From a virus, in the IMG/VR virus record IMGVR_UViG_3300011977_000034, positions 1 through 36,233 of that record: DNA of 36,233 nucleotides; one strand, 5' to 3'. Shown here piece after piece: positions 15,301-23,127 of this stretch. A program made the position numbers and the translations under genes. The notes beneath the pieces were generated by a model. The model saw only the letters and a program-made list of their open reading frames with translations, did no database searches and was not told the origin of the DNA. Every line of letters starts with the position of its first letter. Positions within the stretch are counted from its first letter, which is position 1.

Positions 15301-15753
15301 AACCGTTCGCTGAATGGAATTTTTGAGAGCTTCTATTCCCGTTTTCGCCTTTTCTGCTGTTGAAGATAAGATTCCAAGAGCCTTATCTTTTGCCGCTTCT
15401 GCTAGTGACTTCATCTGAGATGCAGCAGACTGAATTGGCGAAATCAGCTCTTTCATTTTCGTTTCCAGATTTTGCAAAGCAGTTCCGGCAGCACTGTTTT
15501 GGAATGCTTGCATCATCTGCTCTATTTGCATTTTTATTTTTTGAATAGTAGGAGATGCTGCTGTCCATTGTTGAAATCCATCAGCAAGAGCGGCAATATC
15601 TTCCTTTGCGGATGCTGCTGCCGTTTTCACAGGTTGCATGCTGCTGCTAAGCTTTTCTGCCATGCTTTCCGCTTTTTTTGTTACGGTATTGATATTGCTT
15701 ACAAAACCTTTGATGTCCGCTGTAATTTTCGCAGACAGCGTATAATCTGCCAT
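12340..15753 (-). CDS. Tail tape measure protein (1137 aa)
   Basis: The TP901-type core is MRKVGAISSSTDEELQALRGSALELGARTSLSSSEVAEAMTEMAAKG...IISAAEASGEDL. Long helical and TM-like stretches follow. The C-terminus is MNEGGRGELVNLPNGSQVIPH. Confidence 0.95.
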   Translation of the reverse strand: MADYTLSAKITADIKGFVSNINTVTKKAESMAEKLSSSMQPVKTAAASAKEDIAALADGFQQWTAASPTIQKIKMQIEQMMQAFQNSAAGTALQNLETKMKELISPIQSAASQMKSLAEAAKDKALGILSSTAEKAKTGIEALKNSIQRTVSESKAFQTISAEINAIKPFASAVAGTVEHVFQSAFSAIQSAASKVPDAIKSIVSTAKSTLNTISDLSDKASKALESVGKSAESIGSGLQSAGDNLSSLGGKITAVETAAAGLATVGLKKATDSAIDFDTQMRKVGAISSSTDEELQALRGSALELGARTSLSSSEVAEAMTEMAAKGRDANQIIADMPGIISAAEASGEDLSLVADTVSNAMKAFGDSAGDATHVADVLAQSANQSAAGVSDLQYAFKYAAPLASSLGISMEELAAATGVMTDAGLEGSQAGTTLRAMFVSMSKPTDEAREAMEQLGISFYDSEGKMKSISTIVSDLQTATADLTDEEKEQALATMFGTESLSGLQAMMNATPGTIDKMTDSLKKCDDASEEAAAKMKDGVGGAIENMQGAIESFQITIGTALFPMIQTAANTISDLFADMTAGFNENGITGVVDAIIGKLQELTQPELFSPIYENVTTVQTTIGKVVDKVDDLWQKFQELQDAGVPFGKIAAAAVAVGPSLMVAGKAVSAVGTAISGIGKVASTLSSGFGMLSKLSAVLGGLSTPVFLVVAAIAALAAGFIYCYTTSEDFRNTVSDAFSGILPAIQTVINTLKPLFQEFGTKLSELFQAISPTIETLMTAVTKIVGVIAENLIPIIGKIIEVVMEVVNALLPIITPIINWVLQFVSDLITALTPIVEWILKAALSIVGWIQSAIEWIGNAVVTVKDWIVNTVEETKEKIDLAIAIVSALFESIKETIQNIVSAIKDWISEKVEAAKETISNVIDAVSGFFANLKETISGIFDNIADKIRSVMNTVKGIFENVLDSIENLWNGLSDFVGGIFDGIGTAFDNLISGAKSLINNFIDGLNFAIDIINAIPGVSIGYVDYLAHGTDDWSGGFAVMNEGGRGELVNLPNGSQVIPHDISKKYAQEAARVNATEVMFIDYDRLITGIASAMQGVSVNSTVNLDGKAVSKGIAPYMDTDLGRLQGAAKRYAT

Positions 15754-15757
15754 ACAC

Positions 15758-17323
15758 TCACCCCCTCGCTACTATTTTTGCAATCGAATCCAAAGAGCCG
15801 TTCAGTGTTACCTTGCACTGCGTTGGGTCATCCAGATGGATTTCCAATTCTTCAATCGTCATCCATTCGTCAATCCCAAGTGGCGTATAAACCACTTCCA
15901 CTTGAAAACCAGCCTGCAAGCACTCCACACCATCTTCCACTAGTCCCAAATCTACTGCGGATACGGAAAAAGTTGCTTTGGGTTCTTCCAACGCCAGTAC
16001 ATGGGCAACCACGGCTTCTCGTTTGGTATATTTATCTGGGTTATTCTCGCTAAACGAGAAGTTCACTTTTCGGACAATTGGTCCGTATTTGTTCAGCAAA
16101 TATTGATTGAAAGCTCGTGATGCTGGATATTCACGATTTGACATATAATAATCTCCGAACTTCCCGCCGGTGAACCAAACAACGAGATTGCTCGGTGTAA
16201 TTTCCGTATCATTTCCACCATAAAAACTGAATGCTGCGTATGGCTTTATATCTATTTTTCGGTTGCCATCACTATCGAAGTCGGATTCCGTCACCTCTGG
16301 ATAAATCATTGTTTCCGTAGCGTCCGATTCTCCAGTAGTGTTATCCGCATTAGAACTCGACACTGGAACAATTCCAGTATAAAAATCTTCTGCTATATAA
16401 GAAGAAGAAACATCTGTGATATTGCCGCCAAGTTCCAGCTTTTGTGTCTTAATTGTATGATTGCTTGGGTCTCGATAAGCGTACCGAATGCAGCCAGTGT
16501 GCAGAACGTCTGTCAGTGGTTCTTTTTGCGTGTATGGGTCTACAACTTCTGCTTGAAAATTGCCGCCAAAATAGTCGATAATTCGAGACTGTAATAGCTC
16601 CATTGCTGTTTCTGCTTGTGTCCAATATCGTACAAAAGAAATGTTGTCTATGTAGTCAAATCCGTTGCCATCTGGTTTCAAAACTTTTGTTTTGCAGGCA
16701 GAATCTTCATAGACCACGCTACTCAGATAATATCCGTTATTGTAGTCCACCTGCGGGACGCAAACTTTAGCACCTTCTGGAATTTTCGTTTCTTTGTAGA
16801 GAATTTTTTTGCCGTCATAGCTGTACCATGTTCCGTTTCGGAACACGGTGCTTGCGTCTGTGTTTGCATCTACTGCTGCTGTATAGCATTGATAATCCGT
16901 CCAGAGGGAGAATACAAGAAAATTGATAAAATCTGGGATACTGTTATAAATAGAGGGATATGGCTTTGCAACGCATACCGTATCATTTAGCATTCCCAGA
17001 ACGCCTTCGCAGGTGTATGTTCGATTCCCATACAAATCTCGCTCTACTTGTGTCGGTCGTCCAACCCATATCACATTTTCACCCACAGTGTCTTCATCGT
17101 GCCGCCGCACATTATCAGATACGACAGTAACCCAGCACTGTAAAACCTGTAGTACTCGTTCATCGTCTACTGGGATGGTAAAAGTAAATTTGCCTGCTTT
17201 GGTTGCACTCGTTTTCAAAACCGCATCTTTCAGAAAATAGCCATTCTTCGGGTCAAACAGTGGCAATCTCGGAATAATTCCGTCCCTGCAATTTTCAAAT
17301 GGAAAGTAATAGGCTGTATACAT
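15758..17323 (-). CDS. Tail-associated (Tal / prophage-tail endopeptidase-like N-terminal) protein (521 aa)
   Basis: The start MYTAYYFPF follows GGAGG and has a TAATG overlap with the Dit-like gene. Position and the N-terminal pattern (..FTFTIP....VTVV...IWVGRPTQVERDLYGNRTYTCEGVLGML) fit Tal proteins. Confidence 0.75.
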   Translation of the reverse strand: MYTAYYFPFENCRDGIIPRLPLFDPKNGYFLKDAVLKTSATKAGKFTFTIPVDDERVLQVLQCWVTVVSDNVRRHDEDTVGENVIWVGRPTQVERDLYGNRTYTCEGVLGMLNDTVCVAKPYPSIYNSIPDFINFLVFSLWTDYQCYTAAVDANTDASTVFRNGTWYSYDGKKILYKETKIPEGAKVCVPQVDYNNGYYLSSVVYEDSACKTKVLKPDGNGFDYIDNISFVRYWTQAETAMELLQSRIIDYFGGNFQAEVVDPYTQKEPLTDVLHTGCIRYAYRDPSNHTIKTQKLELGGNITDVSSSYIAEDFYTGIVPVSSSNADNTTGESDATETMIYPEVTESDFDSDGNRKIDIKPYAAFSFYGGNDTEITPSNLVVWFTGGKFGDYYMSNREYPASRAFNQYLLNKYGPIVRKVNFSFSENNPDKYTKREAVVAHVLALEEPKATFSVSAVDLGLVEDGVECLQAGFQVEVVYTPLGIDEWMTIEELEIHLDDPTQCKVTLNGSLDSIAKIVARG

Positions 17324-18153
17324 TATAACAACCTCCTGCATCTGCATAGAATTGCAATTTGGCTTCCGGCAGTGCCTCCGGTGATTGTAACCGTCACGCT
17401 GCTGTTGTGCTGTAAATAAGAGCTGATAGAAAACACCGCTTTTCCGTTTGCTTCTTCGATTTCTTTAGCAGTTCCGTTGATGGTTACCGTGCAAGGAAAT
17501 TCTGCAATGACTGTAACCTCTCCATAAAGTCCACCAACCCTGCCATTCGGAGCATACAGTGTTTCTGTAATTTCTCCAGATTCGCTCAGTGTCAGTGCAT
17601 CCGGAAGGCTTCCGGAAAAATCGGTCGCATCCCAAAGGAATCCCTTTTGCAATGGAAAATTATCATAGCAATACGGCTCTATATCGGCGGAAATGGTGAA
17701 AACAGCATGCTTGGCATCTTCCATGGTGGAATCTACGGTGCAGCGTCCACGATAGGCATAGCTGGAATTGCTGTCTGCAACAATGGTACAAACTTGCCCG
17801 TGCAACTCTTGCCGGACGTTTTGATAGAGCTTGTGCCATTCTGCCATCGTACAAGCTGCCACAAATGTTGCAGATAGCGTTGCATTCTTGTAAACCGGAG
17901 AGCCAGTCAAAGCTTCAGAATAATCCAGTAATCCGTTTCGCCCTGGAATATCTACGGTAAACGTTTTTACTTCTGGGGCAGTGGCAGAAAAATCCGTCCA
18001 ATATAGCCCCAATCCATATCCATCATTGGTTCTTCCAGTGTAGATGCCAACGTTCGCTTCTGCATAAGGCTGTTCTGCACTGATATATTGTAATTGATGG
18101 GATTGAATCCACCGAATTCCGGTTTTCCGTTCCTCGATACCATAAAACTCCAA
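17323..18153 (-). CDS. Distal tail protein (Dit, Sipho_tail-like) (276 aa)
   Basis: The motifs VDIPGRNGLLDY...ATLSATFVA...WHKLYQNVRQELHGQVCTIVADSNSSYAYRGRC...FTISADIEPYCY match the Dit pattern (PGR.G, closing PY.Y). Confidence 0.75.
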   Translation of the reverse strand: MEFYGIEERKTGIRWIQSHQLQYISAEQPYAEANVGIYTGRTNDGYGLGLYWTDFSATAPEVKTFTVDIPGRNGLLDYSEALTGSPVYKNATLSATFVAACTMAEWHKLYQNVRQELHGQVCTIVADSNSSYAYRGRCTVDSTMEDAKHAVFTISADIEPYCYDNFPLQKGFLWDATDFSGSLPDALTLSESGEITETLYAPNGRVGGLYGEVTVIAEFPCTVTINGTAKEIEEANGKAVFSISSYLQHNSSVTVTITGGTAGSQIAILCRCRRLL

Positions 18154-18878
18154 TCACGACACCTTCTTTCGCTTCCGTCCATTTGCTTTGTAAATCGCTT
18201 CTACCCATGCCGTTCCTTGTGCTGCATCGGCTTCCAGAACCTGCTGCACGAACTGTTGCTGTCGTTCTTTGTTGGTATGCTTCGGCTGCTTTCTCCAGAG
18301 TTTTTGTGGCTTTTTGCCTTTCTTCCGGAACGCATTGGAAACTGCATTTAGAACCGCACCTGCCAAAAGGTTGGTATCTGCTACGATTTTGTTTTCATAC
18401 GCTTTTAAAATCAACGCCCGTTCCGTTTCGGTCAGGGCGTTGTAATCTGCTTTGGAATAGCCGAATTGTACCGCAAAAAAAGCGAAATCTTGGCTTTTTC
18501 GGAACTGTTCCGCTTCTAGGTCAGGCTTTTCTTTACTGGTCGGAAAATATTCCCATTCCACCAGCCTTACCGGAATAAAAAACCGCAGTCCTCCTGAATC
18601 TGTTCCAGCGTTGCTGTAAACAGTGTACCATATCCAACATCCTGTACCTGCTGCTGGGCAAATTCCAGAGCCTTCTTGATAGGAGCATAGTCCCCTCGGT
18701 CATCTGACAAGCCGTAAGCAAACAGCGTGCAAAGCTCCGAAATCGTTGGATATTTTCCATTTGTGATGGAAACCATCACGCCAGTAATGGCATTTCCAAG
18801 TATCTTTTCCAACTGCTCCATTCTGCCAATGGTATAATGCAAGTGATATTCTTTGTCTTTGATAAAATAGGTTTGCAT
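18154..18878 (-). CDS. Tail assembly chaperone G-T fusion made by -1 programmed frameshift
   Basis: In frame 0 the sequence reads GGT TTT TTA. Slipping on T_TTT_TTA gives ..FF-IPVRLVEWEYFPTSKEK.., which is the frame of ORF 18154..18561. Confidence 0.7.
18567..18878 (-). CDS. Tail assembly chaperone G (103 aa)
   Basis: The position is directly after the major tail protein. The size fits, and a slippery site lies near its 3' end. Confidence 0.8.
   Translation of the reverse strand: MQTYFIKDKEYHLHYTIGRMEQLEKILGNAITGVMVSITNGKYPTISELCTLFAYGLSDDRGDYAPIKKALEFAQQQVQDVGYGTLFTATLEQIQEDCGFLFR
18576..18582 (-). promoter_or_regulatory. -1 ribosomal frameshift slippery heptamer T_TTT_TTA
   Basis: The complement of taaaaaa at 18576-18582. 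It lies 3 codons before the G stop codon. Confidence 0.7.
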
Positions 18879-18888
18879 AAGTTCCTCC

Positions 18889-19404
18889 TTATTCCGTTGT
18901 CAAATCTTCCGGCATATCTGTTACCTTTGCGGCATCTTCCGTGGAGAGGCTTGTGAGGTCTGTTAAAGCCCCGTTGCCAGAAAAGCTCAAAGAATAGGTC
19001 ATGCTGTCATCGTACGGAGCTTCCAGCGAATAGTCTGTAATGCAAGCCAGACCGCCAAACAACGGCTTTTTCTCCTTGGCATCAATGACCTTCAAGCAAA
19101 CCATATCGCCGTTCTCAAAATATTGCCCGAGCAGCTTGTGCGATTCTGCATTCAGAATGTAAATACCATCGTTGTCAATCGACCATTCTTTCATGCCGGG
19201 AATCTGTTTTTTCCAGCCGCCTTTTGTGTCTTTGCTGGACACTTCCACCGTGTCAGCACTGCGGTTAATGGTTAAATTCTGCTGCCCTGAAATTGCAAGC
19301 AGTTTAGAACCGTCTGCGTTGTAGATGCAAAGCAGAATGTCCTTCCCGGCTTTTGCCGCATCTTCTGAAAAATCACAGTAAAAATTGTTATCATAACTTG
19401 ACAT
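18889..19404 (-). CDS. Major tail protein (TP901-1/phi13-like) (171 aa)
   Basis: Position and size fit. The RBS is AGGAGG. The segment GLACITDYSLEAPYDDSMTYSLSFSGNGAL is typical of this family. Confidence 0.85.
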   Translation of the reverse strand: MSSYDNNFYCDFSEDAAKAGKDILLCIYNADGSKLLAISGQQNLTINRSADTVEVSSKDTKGGWKKQIPGMKEWSIDNDGIYILNAESHKLLGQYFENGDMVCLKVIDAKEKKPLFGGLACITDYSLEAPYDDSMTYSLSFSGNGALTDLTSLSTEDAAKVTDMPEDLTTE

Positions 19405-19415
19405 CGTATTTCCTC

Positions 19416-19829
19416 CTAAATCTTACATTTCAATCCATAACTCACCATGATTTCATAGGAAATCACGGCATGATATTCGTTTGTTTCGTCCTGCTGCAAA
19501 GACTGCACACCGGTTTCTGTTTGCAGCACCAGTGTAATTCCGTCCGGAAGCATGATGGATTCCGTCAACGATTCTTCTACCGACTGTATCATGCTGTAAA
19601 TTTCTGTTCTGGCATCGCTCGGTGTTGCAATCGCATGAATCTGTACGGTAAAAATTTCCTTGAACATCGTTTTACTGGAAGCATCCCGTTTTCCGACCAT
19701 CTCTACAAATAGAAATGGAGAAGGGGTGTCCTTCTCCACAGCATCATAACAAGCATAACCGGTATTTTTCCGGAGATTTTGCAGCACAGCAGCGGCAATC
19801 TCCGCAAAGCCGGCTTTTCGCAGCATCAT
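19416..19829 (-). CDS. Tail terminator / tail completion protein (DUF3168-like) (137 aa)
   Basis: Called from position, between the gp10-like gene and the major tail protein gene, and from size. Confidence 0.65.
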   Translation of the reverse strand: MMLRKAGFAEIAAAVLQNLRKNTGYACYDAVEKDTPSPFLFVEMVGKRDASSKTMFKEIFTVQIHAIATPSDARTEIYSMIQSVEESLTESIMLPDGITLVLQTETGVQSLQQDETNEYHAVISYEIMVSYGLKCKI

Positions 19830-19836
19830 TCTGACC

Positions 19837-20247
19837 TCAGTCCTCCTTTAGCTCATCTTTTAGCATCTGTTCAAATTGAGGGCGAACGGCTTCTACAGAA
19901 CGCTGCAAAAACCGTTGCCCCGGAACATAGGAGGCTTTCAGTCGTTTCCCAATCTGTGGAACGAATCGTCCCGGCTGCTGCCGATGCCCATATTCTACAT
20001 GGGGTGCATAGTGCAGCGTGTAGCCGACCGCTCCATTGATGGTAGTATCCGATTCTTTCGGCAATTCAGTTCGGATGCTCTGCCGCAGCTTTCCTGTATC
20101 AGCAGGCGTGTTTCTCGTTGCTTCCCGTGTCAACAAGCCAACGGTTCGGTTACAAACTGCAACGAAATCCGATTTTGATTTTTGCTCCAGTGCAGCAACT
20201 AACTCTTCTGTTCCGTTTAGAATGATTTTGATTTTCACGTTGTGCAT
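19837..20247 (-). CDS. HK97 gp10-family head-tail joining protein
   Basis: The motifs NTPADTGKLRQSI...VGYTLHYAPHVEYG match the gp10 motif (DTG.LR.SI ... YA..VE.G). The start is uncertain: ATG 20247, GTG 20241 or GTG 20298. Confidence 0.8.
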   Translation of the reverse strand: MHNVKIKIILNGTEELVAALEQKSKSDFVAVCNRTVGLLTREATRNTPADTGKLRQSIRTELPKESDTTINGAVGYTLHYAPHVEYGHRQQPGRFVPQIGKRLKASYVPGQRFLQRSVEAVRPQFEQMLKDELKED

Positions 20248-20582
20248 CTCCGTTCTGGGAGGGTTTGATACCATCGTTCCAGATACAACATCCGCCACCG
20301 CCCATGCAAATCTTTGATGGAAGTAATCCGATAGTCTTCCGAACCAGCACGCACCACATCTGCTTCTTTACAGCGTGCCAGCGGAGCATCTGTCAACAGT
20401 TTTCGCTGCGTTTGGGTAACATCTCGCCCGACTAGCTCCGCATCCTCTGCCGTCCATTCTGTGAATCGTCCTGTATACCCATTACAAGCTGCACAAGGCT
20501 CTTGTAATGTAGTAATAGGATTGCCTAAAATATCTGTTCCGGTCTGGATGGCTTTTAAGAGATGAATGGGGAAATAGTGCAT
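20235..20582 (-). CDS. Head-tail adaptor / head closure protein (SPP1 gp16-like) (115 aa)
   Basis: Position and size fit. The C-terminus has the pattern ..DYRITSIKDLHGRWRMLYLE. Confidence 0.7.
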   Translation of the reverse strand: MHYFPIHLLKAIQTGTDILGNPITTLQEPCAACNGYTGRFTEWTAEDAELVGRDVTQTQRKLLTDAPLARCKEADVVRAGSEDYRITSIKDLHGRWRMLYLERWYQTLPERRCTT

Positions 20583-20597
20583 GGTTGCTGCCTCCTA

Positions 20598-20930
20598 TCA
20601 CAAAAAATGAACCGTGCCGCTGCCGTTTTCCGCCGCCTTGGTTTCTCGATAAGCGGTAAACTCATCTTCGTATTCCGCCAGAACATCTTCCACAAACGTA
20701 GTGGAAATTGTATCCGCTCCTTCAGAACGAATGCCCTCATAATTCCAACGTCGAAACAGCTTGACCACGACTTCCGCTGCAATCGGTTCTAACATTTCCG
20801 GCAGCGTTGTTTCTCGCACTCGCAAGCAGATTCGCAAGCTTGCAATATCGCAAAGTTCCAGCAGTTGCGGTGTGTTCTCCGCTTTCGGTTCATCCTGCAA
20901 GCGAATCTGTACCCGCTCCAGCAGTGTCAT
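20598..20930 (-). CDS. gp6-like head-tail connector protein (110 aa)
   Basis: The position is immediately after the capsid gene. The N-terminus is LLERVQIRLQDEP....LLELCDIASLRI. Confidence 0.7.
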   Translation of the reverse strand: MTLLERVQIRLQDEPKAENTPQLLELCDIASLRICLRVRETTLPEMLEPIAAEVVVKLFRRWNYEGIRSEGADTISTTFVEDVLAEYEDEFTAYRETKAAENGSGTVHFL

Positions 20931-20932
20931 GC

Positions 20933-21802
20933 TTACGCTCCAGTCGCAATCGTGCCAACAATGACACCATCCAGCCGTTCTGCAAACAGTACAGACCCCG
21001 TTAAAATCGTGGTCTCATAGTTTGCACGCGTATAATCTGCGGTGTGGGTAATGCCAACCAGTCCCGTTGCATCTGTTGTAAAGCTGAATGCCTTGTTGAT
21101 TTCCCCACCGGAGATTGCCGGATATGCCAGATTCAGGTTATCGGCAACGGTTGCATAGAATGTTCCTGCCGGAACACTGGAGTTAGACATGACTTTGACA
21201 TCCAAAAATGTCTGGAAATACGTCATGCCAAAAGCAGTCTGCGTGGTAATGTTGGTCTGCTCCCCAAGATATTTTGAAATATCCTGCGGATTTGCAATCA
21301 CAATCACGCCATCGGTTGCATCATTCTCAAAGAGTACCTGCAACTTTCCCCAAGCATCTGCTACGGCGGCTTGAAAGCCAGTGCCGGTTGCTGTACCAGT
21401 ACCAGTTGCCAAAAACGTCACCAAAGAGGAGCGAATGTTGCTCTGAATCTGTTTCAACAACTCATTGTCTGCCTGCGAAACCGCAAGGTCAAAGCCGCTG
21501 CGTTGGATGGCTTCCAGCGTTACTGCCTTCCGGTACTTCTTGTAAGCCAGTTCATAGGTATTTGCCAGCTCTACTTCCACCTTGGACAGCGGAATCAAGT
21601 CGCCTTCTGCAACGTCTCCATTCGCCATGGTTACCTTGTTTTTGTATACTTTGATGATAGAACCGTTCGCCATTGCCGTACGTCTGGTAATGCCGAGAAG
21701 TTCCTGCAATTTCTGGATGCCATCGACAAAGCGATTGGTAAAATCAATCGACTGTGCCTTGGCAAAATCGGTGGTCAAATTGGTATTTGCTTGTACTGCC
21801 AT
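20933..21802 (-). CDS. Major capsid protein (289 aa)
   Basis: It follows the scaffold gene and its size fits. The N-terminus is ..FTNRFVDGIQKLQELLGITR, as in scaffold-dependent capsid proteins of Firmicutes phages. Confidence 0.9.
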   Translation of the reverse strand: MAVQANTNLTTDFAKAQSIDFTNRFVDGIQKLQELLGITRRTAMANGSIIKVYKNKVTMANGDVAEGDLIPLSKVEVELANTYELAYKKYRKAVTLEAIQRSGFDLAVSQADNELLKQIQSNIRSSLVTFLATGTGTATGTGFQAAVADAWGKLQVLFENDATDGVIVIANPQDISKYLGEQTNITTQTAFGMTYFQTFLDVKVMSNSSVPAGTFYATVADNLNLAYPAISGGEINKAFSFTTDATGLVGITHTADYTRANYETTILTGSVLFAERLDGVIVGTIATGA

Positions 21803-21817
21803 AATAAATTAACTCCT

Positions 21818-22360
21818 TTACTCAAATAAATTCATGTTGTCCCGAATCGCCTGTAACCGTTTTCCTTCATCAGGAATGGCGAAAATCTGTTCTTTCGTCA
21901 TGCGTCCTGACGCTCCGGTCTTGGGCGGTTCGCCCTTTAAGCGTTCCTTGACGGCGTTTTCTACCGCTTCTGTAAACAGCGTTGCAAAAGCTTCCACCTG
22001 TGTTTTGGTGGTCTTTGTGTCCTCTGCAACCACGGCAGCTACCAGAGAATCCGGCAAATGAATGCCTTTTTCGGATAGCATTTCCCGTGCGGTTTTCTGC
22101 ATCTGTGCCGCTTCCACCTGCTTTTGCAGGGCTTGAAGCTGCTGCTTGTAGGAATCCCGCTCCGTTTCTGCTCGCTGCTGGTCGGTCATTTCTGCCAGTT
22201 TCTTTGCTTCTGACTGCCGCTGTTCAAAGCCTTGGAATGCTTCCGCAATCATCTGCGAAACGGCTTCTGCGGTCAGGGCTTCCGCCGGTTGTGTTGGTTC
22301 GTTCTGTGGCTCTGCTGCTTCCGGTTCGGTTGCCGTTGTGCCTTTGGTTTCTTCGCTCAT
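21818..22360 (-). CDS. Scaffolding protein (DUF4355-like) (180 aa)
   Basis: The N-terminus is acidic and low in complexity. An E/Q/K-rich helical core follows. The position is before the capsid gene. Confidence 0.85.
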   Translation of the reverse strand: MSEETKGTTATEPEAAEPQNEPTQPAEALTAEAVSQMIAEAFQGFEQRQSEAKKLAEMTDQQRAETERDSYKQQLQALQKQVEAAQMQKTAREMLSEKGIHLPDSLVAAVVAEDTKTTKTQVEAFATLFTEAVENAVKERLKGEPPKTGASGRMTKEQIFAIPDEGKRLQAIRDNMNLFE

Positions 22361-22641
22361 TCTGTATTACCTCCATTCAAGTATTTGTCAAACGCTGTAT
22401 GCAGCGTTTCCAGTGTGTGCAGGGCTTCGGTTCGTGTTCGTTCCAAACCGTCATCGCCCAGCAGAATCAGGCAGGGAAGCCGTTTGACATGATGTTGTCT
22501 TGCAAGAGCGTTCCCATCGTATCCGTCATTGCAGCGGAATTGGTACAAGGGAATGCCGGTTTCTATGGAAAACTGCTCCGCCACTGGCTGCATTTGCTTG
22601 CATGGTGGGCAGTAGTCCGCATGAAAAAAGAGAAGCTGCAT
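22357..22641 (-). CDS. Thioredoxin-fold protein with a CPPC active-site motif (94 aa)
   Basis: AAAGGAG precedes ATG 22641. The segment LLFFHADYCPPCKQMQPVAEQF...VKRLPCLILLGDDG shows the CxxC motif and a cis-Pro loop. An ATGA overlap couples it to the scaffold gene. Confidence 0.75.
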   Translation of the reverse strand: MQLLFFHADYCPPCKQMQPVAEQFSIETGIPLYQFRCNDGYDGNALARQHHVKRLPCLILLGDDGLERTRTEALHTLETLHTAFDKYLNGGNTE

Positions 22642-22670
22642 AAGATTGCTCCTTTCGTATTTTGGGTATG

Positions 22671-22696
22671 AAAAAAGCACCTGATTTGCTCAGATG
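22671..22696 (-). terminator. Sense-oriented intrinsic terminator-like element upstream of the thioredoxin-like gene
   Basis: The minus-strand RNA is CAUCUGA-GCAAA-UCAGGUG-CUUUUUU. The stem is 7 bp and includes one G-U pair. Confidence 0.55.
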
Positions 22697-22789
22697 TTGA
22701 TTTGTTGATATGAGAACGCCGTACCCACAGGCTTGTTTGTTCTTGGTTTCCGTCCCTCCGCCAGTTTTTTCCCATGGTCGGGGCGATGA

Positions 22790-23053
22790 TTAAAGTATGA
22801 TATTTTCGATTGCTGCACGGGCTTCCAGAGCGGTGATATAGTCTGCCATCGCTCTAATCTGCAAATCATAAATGCTTCTCGGGCAAGTTGGATAAAAGTT
22901 TAGCTTTCCCTTGTCCCATCTGGCAAGCATGCATTTCAGCTTTCGATACCGGATAGCCACCTGTATATACTCCGCCTTAAAGCGTTCCTTATAGTCTGTG
23001 CTGCCCATCATACTTACTGTATCTTTCAATTCTGCTGGTTTGCTTGTTTCCAT
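22790..23053 (-). CDS. Hypothetical 87-aa helical protein (resembles the small phage family annotated crAss001_48-related; from memory only)
   Basis: GAAAGGAG precedes ATG 23053. The sequence is YKERFKAEYIQVAIRYRKLKCMLARWDKGKLNFYPTCPRSIYDLQIRAMADYITALEARA. Confidence 0.6.
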   Translation of the reverse strand: METSKPAELKDTVSMMGSTDYKERFKAEYIQVAIRYRKLKCMLARWDKGKLNFYPTCPRSIYDLQIRAMADYITALEARAAIENIIL

Positions 23054-23074
23054 ATTTTTCTCCTTTCGGGCATG

Positions 23075-23097
23075 AAAAAAGCACCTCATTGAGATGC
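23075..23097 (-). terminator. Sense-oriented intrinsic terminator-like element upstream of the 87-aa gene
   Basis: The minus-strand RNA is GCAUCUC-AAU-GAGGUGC-UUUUUU. Confidence 0.55.
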
Positions 23098-23127
23098 TTT
23101 TCATATTTTTGGTTTTAGAGGGCAAGA

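Noticed and set aside
22563-22775. 70-aa minus-strand ORF spanning the gap upstream of the thioredoxin-like gene
   Set aside because: It runs through the terminator hairpin and the RBS and start of the Trx-like gene in another frame. It has no RBS of its own.
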